Origin: Angustibacter sp. McL0619
Lineage (GTDB): Bacteria > Actinomycetota > Actinomycetes > Actinomycetales > Angustibacteraceae
DNA length: 24,000 nt
NCBI RefSeq assembly: GCF_049994355.1
Contig: NZ_CP188257.1
Location: 3,643,611-3,667,610 of the forward strand
Direction of reading: 5' to 3'
Made by a program: the position numbers and the translations under genes
Notes under the pieces: model-generated
What the model was told of the DNA's origin: nothing
The model's input: the letters and a program-made list of their open reading frames with translations, nothing else
The model's database searches: none
Part shown: positions 7,284 through 14,354 of the stretch, in pieces
Layout of the letters: every line of letters begins with the position of its first letter
Numbering within the stretch: position 1 is the first letter of the stretch

Positions 7284-7940
7284 TCAGCCCGTAGCGGCTT
7301 GCCTGTCGTGAGCGTGCGTGGCTGAGCCGTTGTGCTCCACGTCCAGGTGCAGGACGCCGTACTGCCAGCCGCGTCGGCGGTACACCACGCTCGGCTGGTC
7401 CGTCTCCGCATCGCAGAACAGGAAGAAGTCGTGGCCGACGAGCTCCATCTCGTACAGCGCCTGCTCCAGCGTCATGGGCGGGGCGGCGTGCACCTTCTCG
7501 CGAATCTCGATCGGGCTGTCGTCCAGCGAGTTCTCGGCTCCGTCAGCGGTTCCGTTGGTCTGCGGCTGTCCGAGCTCGGGCAGCTCCGGGGCGAGTCTCG
7601 CCGACGCCTGAGCCAGCGACTCCGTGCCACGCCCACGACGCTCGACCTTGCGGCTGTGCGCTCGGCGCAGCCGTTCCAGGAGCTTCGTGTGCGCCTTGTC
7701 CAGCGCGACGTACGGGTCGACCGCGGCCGCTTCGGCCCGCACGACGGGGCCCTTGCCGTGGCAGGTGATCTCGACCCGCTCGCAATTCTCGGTCTGCCGC
7801 TTGTTCGGTTCGTGGGTGATGACGACGGATAGACGCTGGATCCTGGGGGCTACCTCCTCCACCTTGGACAGCTTCTCCTCCAGATGGCGGCGGAACCGGT
7901 CCTTGACGTCGACGTGCCGTCCGGTGACCACGATCTCCAC
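7284..7940 (-). CDS. hpf: Ribosome hibernation promoting factor, long form
   Basis: N-terminal YfiA/S30AE-type domain (VEIVVTGRHVDVKDRFRRHLEEKLSKV...ITCHGKGPVVRAEA...DPYVALDKAHTKLLERLRR) plus a C-terminal dimerisation domain (MTLEQALYEMELVGHDFFLF...VVYRRRGWQYGVLHL). GTG 7940 is preceded by GGAGG with 8-nt spacing. The track start at 7970 is probably too long. Confidence 0.93.
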   Translation of the reverse strand: MEIVVTGRHVDVKDRFRRHLEEKLSKVEEVAPRIQRLSVVITHEPNKRQTENCERVEITCHGKGPVVRAEAAAVDPYVALDKAHTKLLERLRRAHSRKVERRGRGTESLAQASARLAPELPELGQPQTNGTADGAENSLDDSPIEIREKVHAAPPMTLEQALYEMELVGHDFFLFCDAETDQPSVVYRRRGWQYGVLHLDVEHNGSATHAHDRQAATG

Positions 7941-8181
7941 AGTGGGACCTCCCTCTCCACACTCACCCACCCGCTGGTGGGGAGCGGCGGTCTGCCAGCA
8001 ACAAGGCTGCAGCAGCGAGAACGATCGACGGGCTGCTCACCCGGACTCAACCGCGGCACCACCCCCGATGCCCTCGAGTTCGCGGGTCCGGGCGGAGCCG
8101 TCCGCGGGAGCGGACCTCGCCCTGGGGACCCATCTACCGACCGTACGCCAGGGCGGACCCCGGCGGCAGACCAATCCGGCG

Positions 8182-8187
8182 TCTAGT
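8182..8187. repeat. Target-site duplication TCTAGT (left copy)
   Basis: Identical hexamer at 9285-9290, immediately outside the two IS termini. It matches the NCTAGN target typical of IS481. Confidence 0.85.
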
Positions 8188-8215
8188 TGTAGTTCCTACA
8201 CAGGTTGTGAGCGTG
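8188..8215. repeat. IS left inverted repeat (IRL)
   Basis: TGTAGTTCCTACACAGGTTGTGAGCGTG, versus the reverse complement of 9257-9284, TGTAGTTCCCCGACAGGTTGTGAACGCG. Confidence 0.9.
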
Positions 8216-8232
8216 AAGGCGTAGACGGATAG

Positions 8233-8288
8233 CGAGGACCTCCAGTACGGAGGGGGTTACGACACCAACCCTCGACTGGAGGTCCTCG
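8233..8288 (+). promoter_or_regulatory. 14-bp perfect stem (27-nt loop) that pairs the transposase SD and the first base of the start codon
   Basis: CGAGGACCTCCAGT (8233-8246) is the exact reverse complement of ACTGGAGGTCCTCG (8275-8288). The right arm contains GGAGG (8278-8282), 5 nt before GTG 8288. Confidence 0.6.
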
Positions 8289-9289
8289 TGACTCACGCTA
8301 ATGCCCCGCTGACGCCTGAGGGGCGTCGACGCCTGGCGGTCCTGATCGTCGAGCAGGGGTGGACGGTCCGTCGTGCTGCGGAGCGGTTGCAGGTCTCGCC
8401 CGCGACAGCGGCCAAGTGGGCCCGGCGCTACCGTGATGGCGAGCCGATGACGGACTGCTCGTCTCGTCCAGCGCGGTCGCCGCGGCGCTGCCCGCGCCGC
8501 CTTGAACGGCGCATCGTGAAGCTGCGGTACTGCCGGCGTTGGGGTCCGCACCGGATCGGCTATCACCTCGGGGTTCCGCGATCGACGGTTGGTCGCGTCC
8601 TGGCGCGTTATCGGATGCCGCTGCTGGTCCACCTCGACCAGGCCACCGGCCTGCCGGTCCGCAAGCCATCGCCGATCCGCTACGAGGCGGCGGCCCCGGG
8701 CGACCTGGTCCATGTGGACATCAAGAAGCTGGGCCGGATCCCGGACGGTGGTGGCTGGCGGGCCTTTGGTCGCGACTCCGAACAGCACCGACGCGCCCAT
8801 GCCAGGACCGAGCGGGCCGGTCATGGTGGCGCGCCGACGTCGCGTGGCTACGTCTTCTTGCACCACGCGGTGGACGATCATTCCCGGCTGGCCTACTCCG
8901 AGCCGCTGCCTGACGAGCGCAAGGAGACCGCCGCGGCCTTCTGGGGCCGCGCCAACGCGTTCTTCGCCCAAGCCGGGATCACCGTCCGGGCAGTCATGAC
9001 CGACAACGGCTCCTGCTACCGCTCACGCGACTTCGCCAACGCCCTCGGGCCCGCCATCAAACACCGACGGACCCGCCCCTACCGACCCCAGACCAACGGG
9101 AAGGTCGAGCGGTTCAACCGGACCCTGATCGTCGAATGGGCCTACGCCCAGGTCTATCTCTCCGACCAAGCCCGCGCAGCGACCTACCCCGACTGGCTCC
9201 ACTCCTACAATCATCACCGACCCCACACCGGCATCGGAGGCCTCGTCCCCGCAGCCCGCGTTCACAACCTGTCGGGGAACTACATCTAG
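8288..9289 (+). CDS. IS481-family DDE transposase
   Basis: 333 aa. N-terminal HTH region (LTPEGRRRLAVLIVEQGWTVRRAAERLQVSPATAAKWARRY) and an rve-type core (LVHVDIKKLGRIP..., MTDNGSCYRS, TNGKVERFNRTL, YNHHRPHTGIGG). The stop TAG at 9287-9289 lies outside the IS terminus (9284), within the duplicated target. Confidence 0.95.
   Translation: MTHANAPLTPEGRRRLAVLIVEQGWTVRRAAERLQVSPATAAKWARRYRDGEPMTDCSSRPARSPRRCPRRLERRIVKLRYCRRWGPHRIGYHLGVPRSTVGRVLARYRMPLLVHLDQATGLPVRKPSPIRYEAAAPGDLVHVDIKKLGRIPDGGGWRAFGRDSEQHRRAHARTERAGHGGAPTSRGYVFLHHAVDDHSRLAYSEPLPDERKETAAAFWGRANAFFAQAGITVRAVMTDNGSCYRSRDFANALGPAIKHRRTRPYRPQTNGKVERFNRTLIVEWAYAQVYLSDQARAATYPDWLHSYNHHRPHTGIGGLVPAARVHNLSGNYI
9257..9284. repeat. IS right inverted repeat (IRR)
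   Basis: See IRL. The IRR is read through by the 3' end of the transposase ORF. Confidence 0.9.
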
Positions 9290-9290
9290 T
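9285..9290. repeat. Target-site duplication TCTAGT (right copy)
   Basis: Identical to 8182-8187. It is immediately followed by the stop codon (tca 9291-9293) of the minus-strand comF-like gene. Confidence 0.85.
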
Positions 9291-10004
9291 TCAGATCCGG
9301 CGGACGGTCGCGGCCACGCAGACCGCGCCCCGGACCTGCACGCCGGCCGTCTCGAGTGCCCTGTGAGCCTCGAGGAGGGTCGCGCCGCTGGTCACCACAT
9401 CGTCGATGAGCAGCACCGGCCCCGCTGAGCGCAGCCGCGCCAGCCAGCCGGCCCGCACCCGTAGCGCCCCATGCAGGTTGCTCGCCCGGGCGGCGGCGTC
9501 CAGCCCCGCCTGGTCGGCCAGCGGGCGAGCGTGACGCAGCCCGGGCAGCACCCGACGGCGAGGGCGGACGGCCAGGGCCAGGTCGCGCACCGGGTGGCGC
9601 CCGCGTGCGCGACGGGCGGAAGCGGACGACGGAACCGGCACCAGCGCTGCCGGCTGGCCCGGGCGGTCTGTGTCCGGGTGGTCCGGGTGCGCCTGGTCCG
9701 GGCCAGGCTGGTCCGGGCCAGGCTGGTCCAGGTCCACCTGGTCCGGGTCCACCTGGTCGAGGACGCCGGCCAGTGCCATCGCGAGCACGCCGTCCAGATC
9801 CGCGCGCCCGTGGTCCTTCCAGGCGTTCAGCGCCTCGCGCAGCGCTCCGTCGTAGTTGGCGGCGCTCCAGACCTGCAGCGGGCCACGGTTCGTGGCCAGC
9901 ACCGGTCCGATCAGGCTGGACGCGCAGGACGGGCACCACCGAGTGCCGGTGACGCCACAGCCGCCGCACGTCCTGGCCAGCAGCAGGTCGGCCAGCCCGG
10001 TCAC
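9291..10004 (-). CDS. ComF-family phosphoribosyltransferase-domain protein
   Basis: N-terminal Cys4 motif (CGGCG...WCPSC) and C-terminal PRTase signature VLLIDDVVTSGATLLEA. The position downstream of lpqB matches the conserved actinobacterial mtrA-mtrB-lpqB-comF-hpf order. GTG start at 10004. Confidence 0.85.
   Translation of the reverse strand: MTGLADLLLARTCGGCGVTGTRWCPSCASSLIGPVLATNRGPLQVWSAANYDGALREALNAWKDHGRADLDGVLAMALAGVLDQVDPDQVDLDQPGPDQPGPDQAHPDHPDTDRPGQPAALVPVPSSASARRARGRHPVRDLALAVRPRRRVLPGLRHARPLADQAGLDAAARASNLHGALRVRAGWLARLRSAGPVLLIDDVVTSGATLLEAHRALETAGVQVRGAVCVAATVRRI
9672..9754. repeat. In-frame tandem repeats inside the comF-like gene: 2 x 9 bp, then 4 x 15 bp
   Basis: GTCCGGGTG at 9672 and 9681. 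The 15-bp units are GGTCCGGGCCAGGCT at 9695 and 9710, GGTCCAGGTCCACCT at 9725, and GGTCCGGGTCCACCT at 9740. On the minus strand this encodes DQVDPDQVDLDQPGPDQPGPDQAHPDHPD in the linker between the zinc-finger and PRTase parts. Confidence 0.85.
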
Positions 10005-10014
10005 CCGCGGTGGG

Positions 10015-11784
10015 TCACGAGGGGATCGTGACCGAGGTCGCGGCCCCGAGATCGCGCCAGCCGCTGCCCGCCCGGACCACGACGTGTCCGTTCGCCAGGG
10101 TCAGGTACACCGAGGACACCCCCGAACCCGCCATCACCCCGACGGCCGACGGCAGCTTCGGCAGGGCGCTCACCTCACCGCCGACCTCGACCTGGTAGGG
10201 CTGGCGCTGACCCGACTGCCCGCCGAGCACGACCAGCGTGGTGCGGTCGGCCCAGGACACGTCGGAGACCGAGGCCAGCGACTGTCCGACCTGCCACGGC
10301 TGGGCCAGGGACGTCGGGCGGCCGGAGTCGCCGCGAACCACGCCCGCGACGTCCAGCCTCGTACTGCCGTCCGCCGCCGCGGAGACCACCGCGACGCGGG
10401 AGCCGTCGCGGGCCACGTCGAGCGCGATGACGGTGCGGCCGGTGAGCCAGCGGGGCTCCATCCGCACCGAGCTGTCGGGGCTCTGCGACGCAGCGGCACC
10501 CGAGCTGGTGGCGGGCGCGACCAGCATGCGACCAGCCGCGGCGCGATCCGCCGTCCACGCCCAGCCGGAACGGTCGATGACCGGCGGCACCAGGTCGCCG
10601 CCACGGCCCAGCTCCTCGGGAGCGGACTGGGCGGCGATCGACAGCAGTCGGGTGCCGGAGCCGTCGACACCGACCACCGCGTCGTCGTGCGGGCCGGCCG
10701 CGATGGAGCGCAGGCCGCTGACGTCCAGGCGTCCGGCGAACCGGCCGCTGATCTGCGGGCTCAGCGCACCGGCGGCGTCCAGGGTCTTCAGGCGGCCACC
10801 GGACAGCACCAGCACCGGGCCGGCGACCTGGACGTTGTCGCGGAATCCGAGGTCGGCGTCGGAGCCGCCGGCGCCGACCCCCGGCACCTGGAAGGCCCCG
10901 CCGCCCGCGGTCACCTCGATGTCGTTCACAGTCGGCAGCTGGTGCAGGGTCGCGAACAGCTGCGACCACAGCTGCTGGCGCTGGTCCGGGGAGGCGGCCA
11001 GGGCTCGGGTCGAGAGGTCGATCTGGGCCGTTCCGCCAGACGTGGGCACCGCGTCCACCCCGAGCGTCGTGCCGGTCGGGAAGCCGGTGGTCACCGCATC
11101 CTTCAGGTACGCCGGAGGGCCGGCCAGCAGGGCGCGGACCGCTGCGGTGGCCAGGCTCGCACGGCTGCCGGCGAACCAGCGCTGGTCGGAGACGAGCTGC
11201 CGGGTGCCGGTGGCCACGAACGAGATGCGCAGCGGTGTGTACGAGCGCTGGAACTCGTAGCGCGGCATCCACAGCCCGAACTGCGCTGACAGCGTCTCGA
11301 TCCGCCAGACCTGGCCGAGGCGGCGCACCTGGAAGGTGGTGCGCGCGGTGGTGCCGGGCTTGGCCGGAGCGAAGCGACCGTCGGCGTCGATGGTGCCGTA
11401 CACCGGCGCGCTGACGACCACCTCGCGGTTGACGCCACTGCCGTGCGAGACCACCGTCAGGGACGGGTCGTCGGGGTAGACGATCGTCCCCTGGGCCGGG
11501 CGCCAAGCAGCACGCGCCTCGCCGTCCAGGAACGTTCGGGCGACCGCGTGGTCACCGTCGAAGCCTGCGCCGGCCTTCAGGAAGCCACCGACGATCTCAG
11601 CCGGTCCGGCGTCCGGGCGCGGGCCGACCGGGGCGATCTGCAGCGGCTCGCGCGACGACCCCTCACCGATTGGCCGGCCGGCGCCGGCGACGCCGGAGTC
11701 CGGCATCGCGGAGCCGCACGCGGTCAGCGAGGCGACCAGGGCCAGCGCCAGGCCGCCCAGCAGCACCGATCGGCGGCGGCTCAC
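10015..11784 (-). CDS. lpqB: Lipoprotein LpqB
   Basis: Signal peptide plus lipobox (LALALVASLTAC-GS), about 590 aa, directly downstream of mtrB. GTG 11784-11782 overlaps the mtrB stop (GTGA 11781-11784). The track start at 11799 is probably too long. Confidence 0.9.
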   Translation of the reverse strand: MSRRRSVLLGGLALALVASLTACGSAMPDSGVAGAGRPIGEGSSREPLQIAPVGPRPDAGPAEIVGGFLKAGAGFDGDHAVARTFLDGEARAAWRPAQGTIVYPDDPSLTVVSHGSGVNREVVVSAPVYGTIDADGRFAPAKPGTTARTTFQVRRLGQVWRIETLSAQFGLWMPRYEFQRSYTPLRISFVATGTRQLVSDQRWFAGSRASLATAAVRALLAGPPAYLKDAVTTGFPTGTTLGVDAVPTSGGTAQIDLSTRALAASPDQRQQLWSQLFATLHQLPTVNDIEVTAGGGAFQVPGVGAGGSDADLGFRDNVQVAGPVLVLSGGRLKTLDAAGALSPQISGRFAGRLDVSGLRSIAAGPHDDAVVGVDGSGTRLLSIAAQSAPEELGRGGDLVPPVIDRSGWAWTADRAAAGRMLVAPATSSGAAASQSPDSSVRMEPRWLTGRTVIALDVARDGSRVAVVSAAADGSTRLDVAGVVRGDSGRPTSLAQPWQVGQSLASVSDVSWADRTTLVVLGGQSGQRQPYQVEVGGEVSALPKLPSAVGVMAGSGVSSVYLTLANGHVVVRAGSGWRDLGAATSVTIPS

Positions 11785-13451
11785 TGCCGGCCCACCCACG
11801 GCGCGCCGCCGAAGTTGACCGGCGGGGACGGCAGACGCTGGTAGGCCTTGCCGACCTCGACCGGGGCCTCGTCCTCCTCGGGTGCCAGCGGCAGCGGGGA
11901 CGACGTCAGCTCGCCGGCCGCAGTGCGCGGCAGAGTGAGTCGGAAGCAGGATCCCTGGCCAGGCTCGCCCCAGGCCTGCAGCCAGCCATGGTGCAGGCGC
12001 GCGTCCTCGATGGCGATCGACAGGCCGAGCCCGGTGCCGCCGACGGTGCGGGCACGCGACGGGTCGGCCCGCCAGAACCGGTTGAACACCAGTGCGGCCT
12101 CGCCCGGACGGAGCCCGACGCCGTGGTCGCGCACCGAGATCGCCACGCCCTCGTCGTCGATCGCGGTCCGCACCTCGACCGGCCGACCCTCGCCGTGCTC
12201 CAGGGCGTTGACCACGAGGTTGCGCAGGATGCGCTCGATGCGGCGCGGGTCGACGTCGGCCAGCGCGGGCTGGCCGGTGTCCACCACCACCAGCTCACTG
12301 CCCGTCCGGATGGCCAGCGGGGTCTCGTTCTCGATCACCCGGCTGACGATGTCGCGCAGGTCGACCGGCTCCACGTCCAGCAGGTCACCACCGGCGTCGA
12401 TCCGGCTGATCTCGAGCAGGTCGGACAGCAGTGCCTCGAACCGGTCGAGCTGGGTCTGCAGCAGCTCGGCGGAGCGGGAGACGCCCGGCGCGAAGTCGGC
12501 CCGGGCCTCGTGCAGCAGGTCGCCGGCCATCCGGATCGTGGTGAGCGGAGTGCGCAGCTCGTGCGAGACGTCGCTGACGAAGCGCTGCTGCACGCGCGAG
12601 AGGTTCTCCAGCTGGCTGATGTGCGTCTGCAGGTTGTGCGCCATCGTGTTGAACGACCCGGCCAACCTGGCCAGGTCGTCCTCGCCGCGCGGCACCATGC
12701 GCTCCTGCAGCCGCCCGGAGGACAGCCGCTGGGCGACCATGGCGGCCTGCCGCACTGGCCGGACCACCTGCCGGGTGACCACGTACGCGACGCCGCCAAC
12801 CAGGAGCACCAGCACCGCTCCGCCACCGACCAGGCTGCGCTGGACCAGGTTGATGGTGTCCTGCTCGCGCTCCAGGCTGAAGACGAAGTAGAGCTCGTAG
12901 GCCCCCGCCAACGGGACCTTCACGTTCGAGCCGATGGCGATGCCGGGCACGGTCTTGTCGGAGTCGTTGTAGCGGATCCGGACGAACTGCTCCTCCTGGT
13001 CGCCGGACCCGGTCACCCGCTGGCGCATGTCCGCCGGGATGATCGAACGGTCGACGGTGCGCGAGTTCAGGTCCGGCAGCACGGCGGGCAGGTCGTTGCC
13101 GAGGCTGCGCAGCAGGACCACGTCGCGGCTGCGGTCCGGGCTCGGCGAGGCGAGCCGGGGCAGCATGTCGGTGACCAGCAGGTTGAGACCGGTCGAGTCG
13201 GTGGCGGTCGCCAGCTGGGCCTGGGCGTCGACGAAGCCTCGCGTCGCCTCGCCACGGGCAGCGGTCAGCCGCTCGGCGACGAGACCGGACTGGATCCTCT
13301 GGAGCACCACCGTGCCGAGGGCGAACACGACGATCAGGCCCAGCAGCATCGTGGTCGACACCACGCGCAGCTGGAGCGAGCGCCGCCACCGGTGTCGCAC
13401 CGCTGCGACCGGGCGGCCCAGGAGCTGCCACAAACCGTTCAGCTGCGTCAC
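11781..13451 (-). CDS. mtrB: Sensor histidine kinase MtrB
   Basis: Two TM segments, a HAMP region, H-box SHELRTPLTTI, N box NLVVNALEHG, and G boxes DHGVGL and GGTGLGLSI. The GTG start overlaps the mtrA stop (GTGA 13448-13451). Confidence 0.93.
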   Translation of the reverse strand: MTQLNGLWQLLGRPVAAVRHRWRRSLQLRVVSTTMLLGLIVVFALGTVVLQRIQSGLVAERLTAARGEATRGFVDAQAQLATATDSTGLNLLVTDMLPRLASPSPDRSRDVVLLRSLGNDLPAVLPDLNSRTVDRSIIPADMRQRVTGSGDQEEQFVRIRYNDSDKTVPGIAIGSNVKVPLAGAYELYFVFSLEREQDTINLVQRSLVGGGAVLVLLVGGVAYVVTRQVVRPVRQAAMVAQRLSSGRLQERMVPRGEDDLARLAGSFNTMAHNLQTHISQLENLSRVQQRFVSDVSHELRTPLTTIRMAGDLLHEARADFAPGVSRSAELLQTQLDRFEALLSDLLEISRIDAGGDLLDVEPVDLRDIVSRVIENETPLAIRTGSELVVVDTGQPALADVDPRRIERILRNLVVNALEHGEGRPVEVRTAIDDEGVAISVRDHGVGLRPGEAALVFNRFWRADPSRARTVGGTGLGLSIAIEDARLHHGWLQAWGEPGQGSCFRLTLPRTAAGELTSSPLPLAPEEDEAPVEVGKAYQRLPSPPVNFGGAPWVGRQ

Positions 13452-14128
13452 CCGGTGGTACCTGCCTTGTAGCCGACGCCACGGACGGTCACCACGATCT
13501 CGGGGTGTTCGGGGTCGAGCTCGATCTTCGAGCGCAGCCGCTGCACGTGCACGTTGACCAGGCGGGTGTCGCCGGCGTGCCGGTAGCCCCAGACCTGCTC
13601 GAGCAGCACCTCGCGGGAGAAGACCTGCCAGGGCTTGCGGGCCAGCGCGACCAACAGGTCGAACTCGAGCGGGGTCAGCGAGATGGGCGTGCCGTCGCGC
13701 ACCACGGAGTGGCCGGCGACGTCGATCGTCAGGTCGCCGATGTCGAGTCGCTCCGGCGCGGCGTCCCCCGAGCTGCGCAGCCGGGCACGAACCCGGGCGA
13801 TGAGCTCCTTGGGCTTGAAGGGCTTGACCACGTAGTCGTCGGCGCCGGACTCGAGGCCGACGACGACGTCCACCGTGTCGCTCTTGGCGGTGAGCATCAC
13901 GATCGGCACCCCGGACTCGGCGCGGATCCGCCGGCAGACCTCGATGCCGTCGACACCGGGGAGCATCACGTCGAGCAGCACCAGGTCGGGGCGGACCTCG
14001 CGGAAGGTCGTCATGGCACCCTCGCCGTCACCGCAGTGAACCGGCTCGAAACCCTCGCCACGAAGCACGATGCCGAGCATCTCGGCCAGAGCAATGTCGT
14101 CATCGACGACCAGTACGCGACCCTTCAT
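13448..14128 (-). CDS. mtrA: OmpR-family response regulator MtrA
   Basis: MKGRVLVVDDDIALAEML...DLVLLDVMLPGVDGIEVCRRIR...VVKPFKPKELIARVRARLR with a C-terminal winged helix (...RLVNVHVQRLRSKIE...VVTVRGVGYKAG). GAGGAA lies 8 nt upstream of ATG 14128. Confidence 0.95.
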   Translation of the reverse strand: MKGRVLVVDDDIALAEMLGIVLRGEGFEPVHCGDGEGAMTTFREVRPDLVLLDVMLPGVDGIEVCRRIRAESGVPIVMLTAKSDTVDVVVGLESGADDYVVKPFKPKELIARVRARLRSSGDAAPERLDIGDLTIDVAGHSVVRDGTPISLTPLEFDLLVALARKPWQVFSREVLLEQVWGYRHAGDTRLVNVHVQRLRSKIELDPEHPEIVVTVRGVGYKAGTTG

Positions 14129-14354
14129 CGACCCGTTCCTCGTCCGCCCGGGGGCATGTGCAAGTCATGGCGGGGGATCCGCCTCATCCATGATCCCACC
14201 CCTGTGGTAGTCGACACACCAATCCATCCACAGGCTTGGTGCAGGCAGTGTGTCGGCCGTGTGCAGAGTCGCGCCCGAAACCGCCCAGGGGCGTGGCACG
14301 ATTGCCCCCTGCTCACCGCGTGCCGGCGGGCTCAGGATCGAGGGGGAACGTCCG
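14129..14354. promoter_or_regulatory. Divergent promoter region between mtrA and the MoxR-cluster operon
   Basis: 226-bp non-coding gap between divergent start codons, less GC-rich than its flanks. No individual promoter element could be assigned with confidence. Confidence 0.35.

Larger units (their letters stand above)
8188..9284 (+). mobile_element. IS481-family insertion sequence, 1097 bp, apparently intact
   Basis: Terminal inverted repeats TGTAGTTCC...CAGGTTGTGA (23/28 identical) and a flanking 6-bp direct repeat TCTAGT. It carries a single DDE transposase ORF. It is visibly less GC-rich than its flanks. Confidence 0.93.

Noticed and set aside
7971-8187. The 217-bp hpf upstream region, examined for a tRNA, sRNA or riboswitch-like structure. 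It contains a small CCCACC-CGCT-GGTGGG hairpin at 7966-7981 and other short stems.
   Set aside because: No cloverleaf, no conserved riboswitch core and no long stem were recognisable. It most likely holds only the hpf promoter/leader and the former comF 3' region.
8183-8971. 262-aa minus-strand ORF inside the IS; a possible second IS gene or antisense regulator.
   Set aside because: It is fully antisense to the transposase ORF, with no recognisable domain and poor coding character. IS481-family elements encode a single transposase.
9286-9969. Collagen-like Pro/Gly-rich ORFs (9286..9969 minus, 9605..9952 plus, 9670..9855 plus) over the comF region.
   Set aside because: These are alternative-frame readings of the 9/15-bp DNA repeat inside the comF-like gene. 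The comF frame carries the Cys4 and PRTase motifs.
14201-14234. CCTGTGG / CCACAGG 7-bp inverted repeat upstream of mtrA, plus recurrence of CTGTGGAC at 1642-1649 and 4690-4697 (a possible shared CCACAG motif).
   Set aside because: A rough estimate gives hundreds of 7-bp inverted repeats with spacers of 40 nt or less by chance in this window. Arm order is opposite to the 1588-1647 repeat, and the 8-mer recurrence is only two copies. This is insufficient support for a regulon motif.
14239-14270. Two GTGCAG hexamers (14239 and 14261, 22 bp apart) in the mtrA divergent promoter, reminiscent of the 13-bp repeat core at 1664-1728.
   Set aside because: Only the 6-mer is shared, not GTGCAGGTC. The spacing differs from the array. 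A GC-rich 6-mer is expected many times by chance in 24 kb, so this is not evidence of a shared operator.
14125-14316. 63-codon upstream ORF whose stop overlaps the mtrA start (ATGA at 14125-14128); a possible leader peptide or uORF.
   Set aside because: The translation (MSRGQSCHAPGRFRARLCTRPTHC...) is Cys/His/Arg-rich with no coding-like bias and no SD. ATGA overlaps arise easily by chance. It is kept only as a remote possibility.
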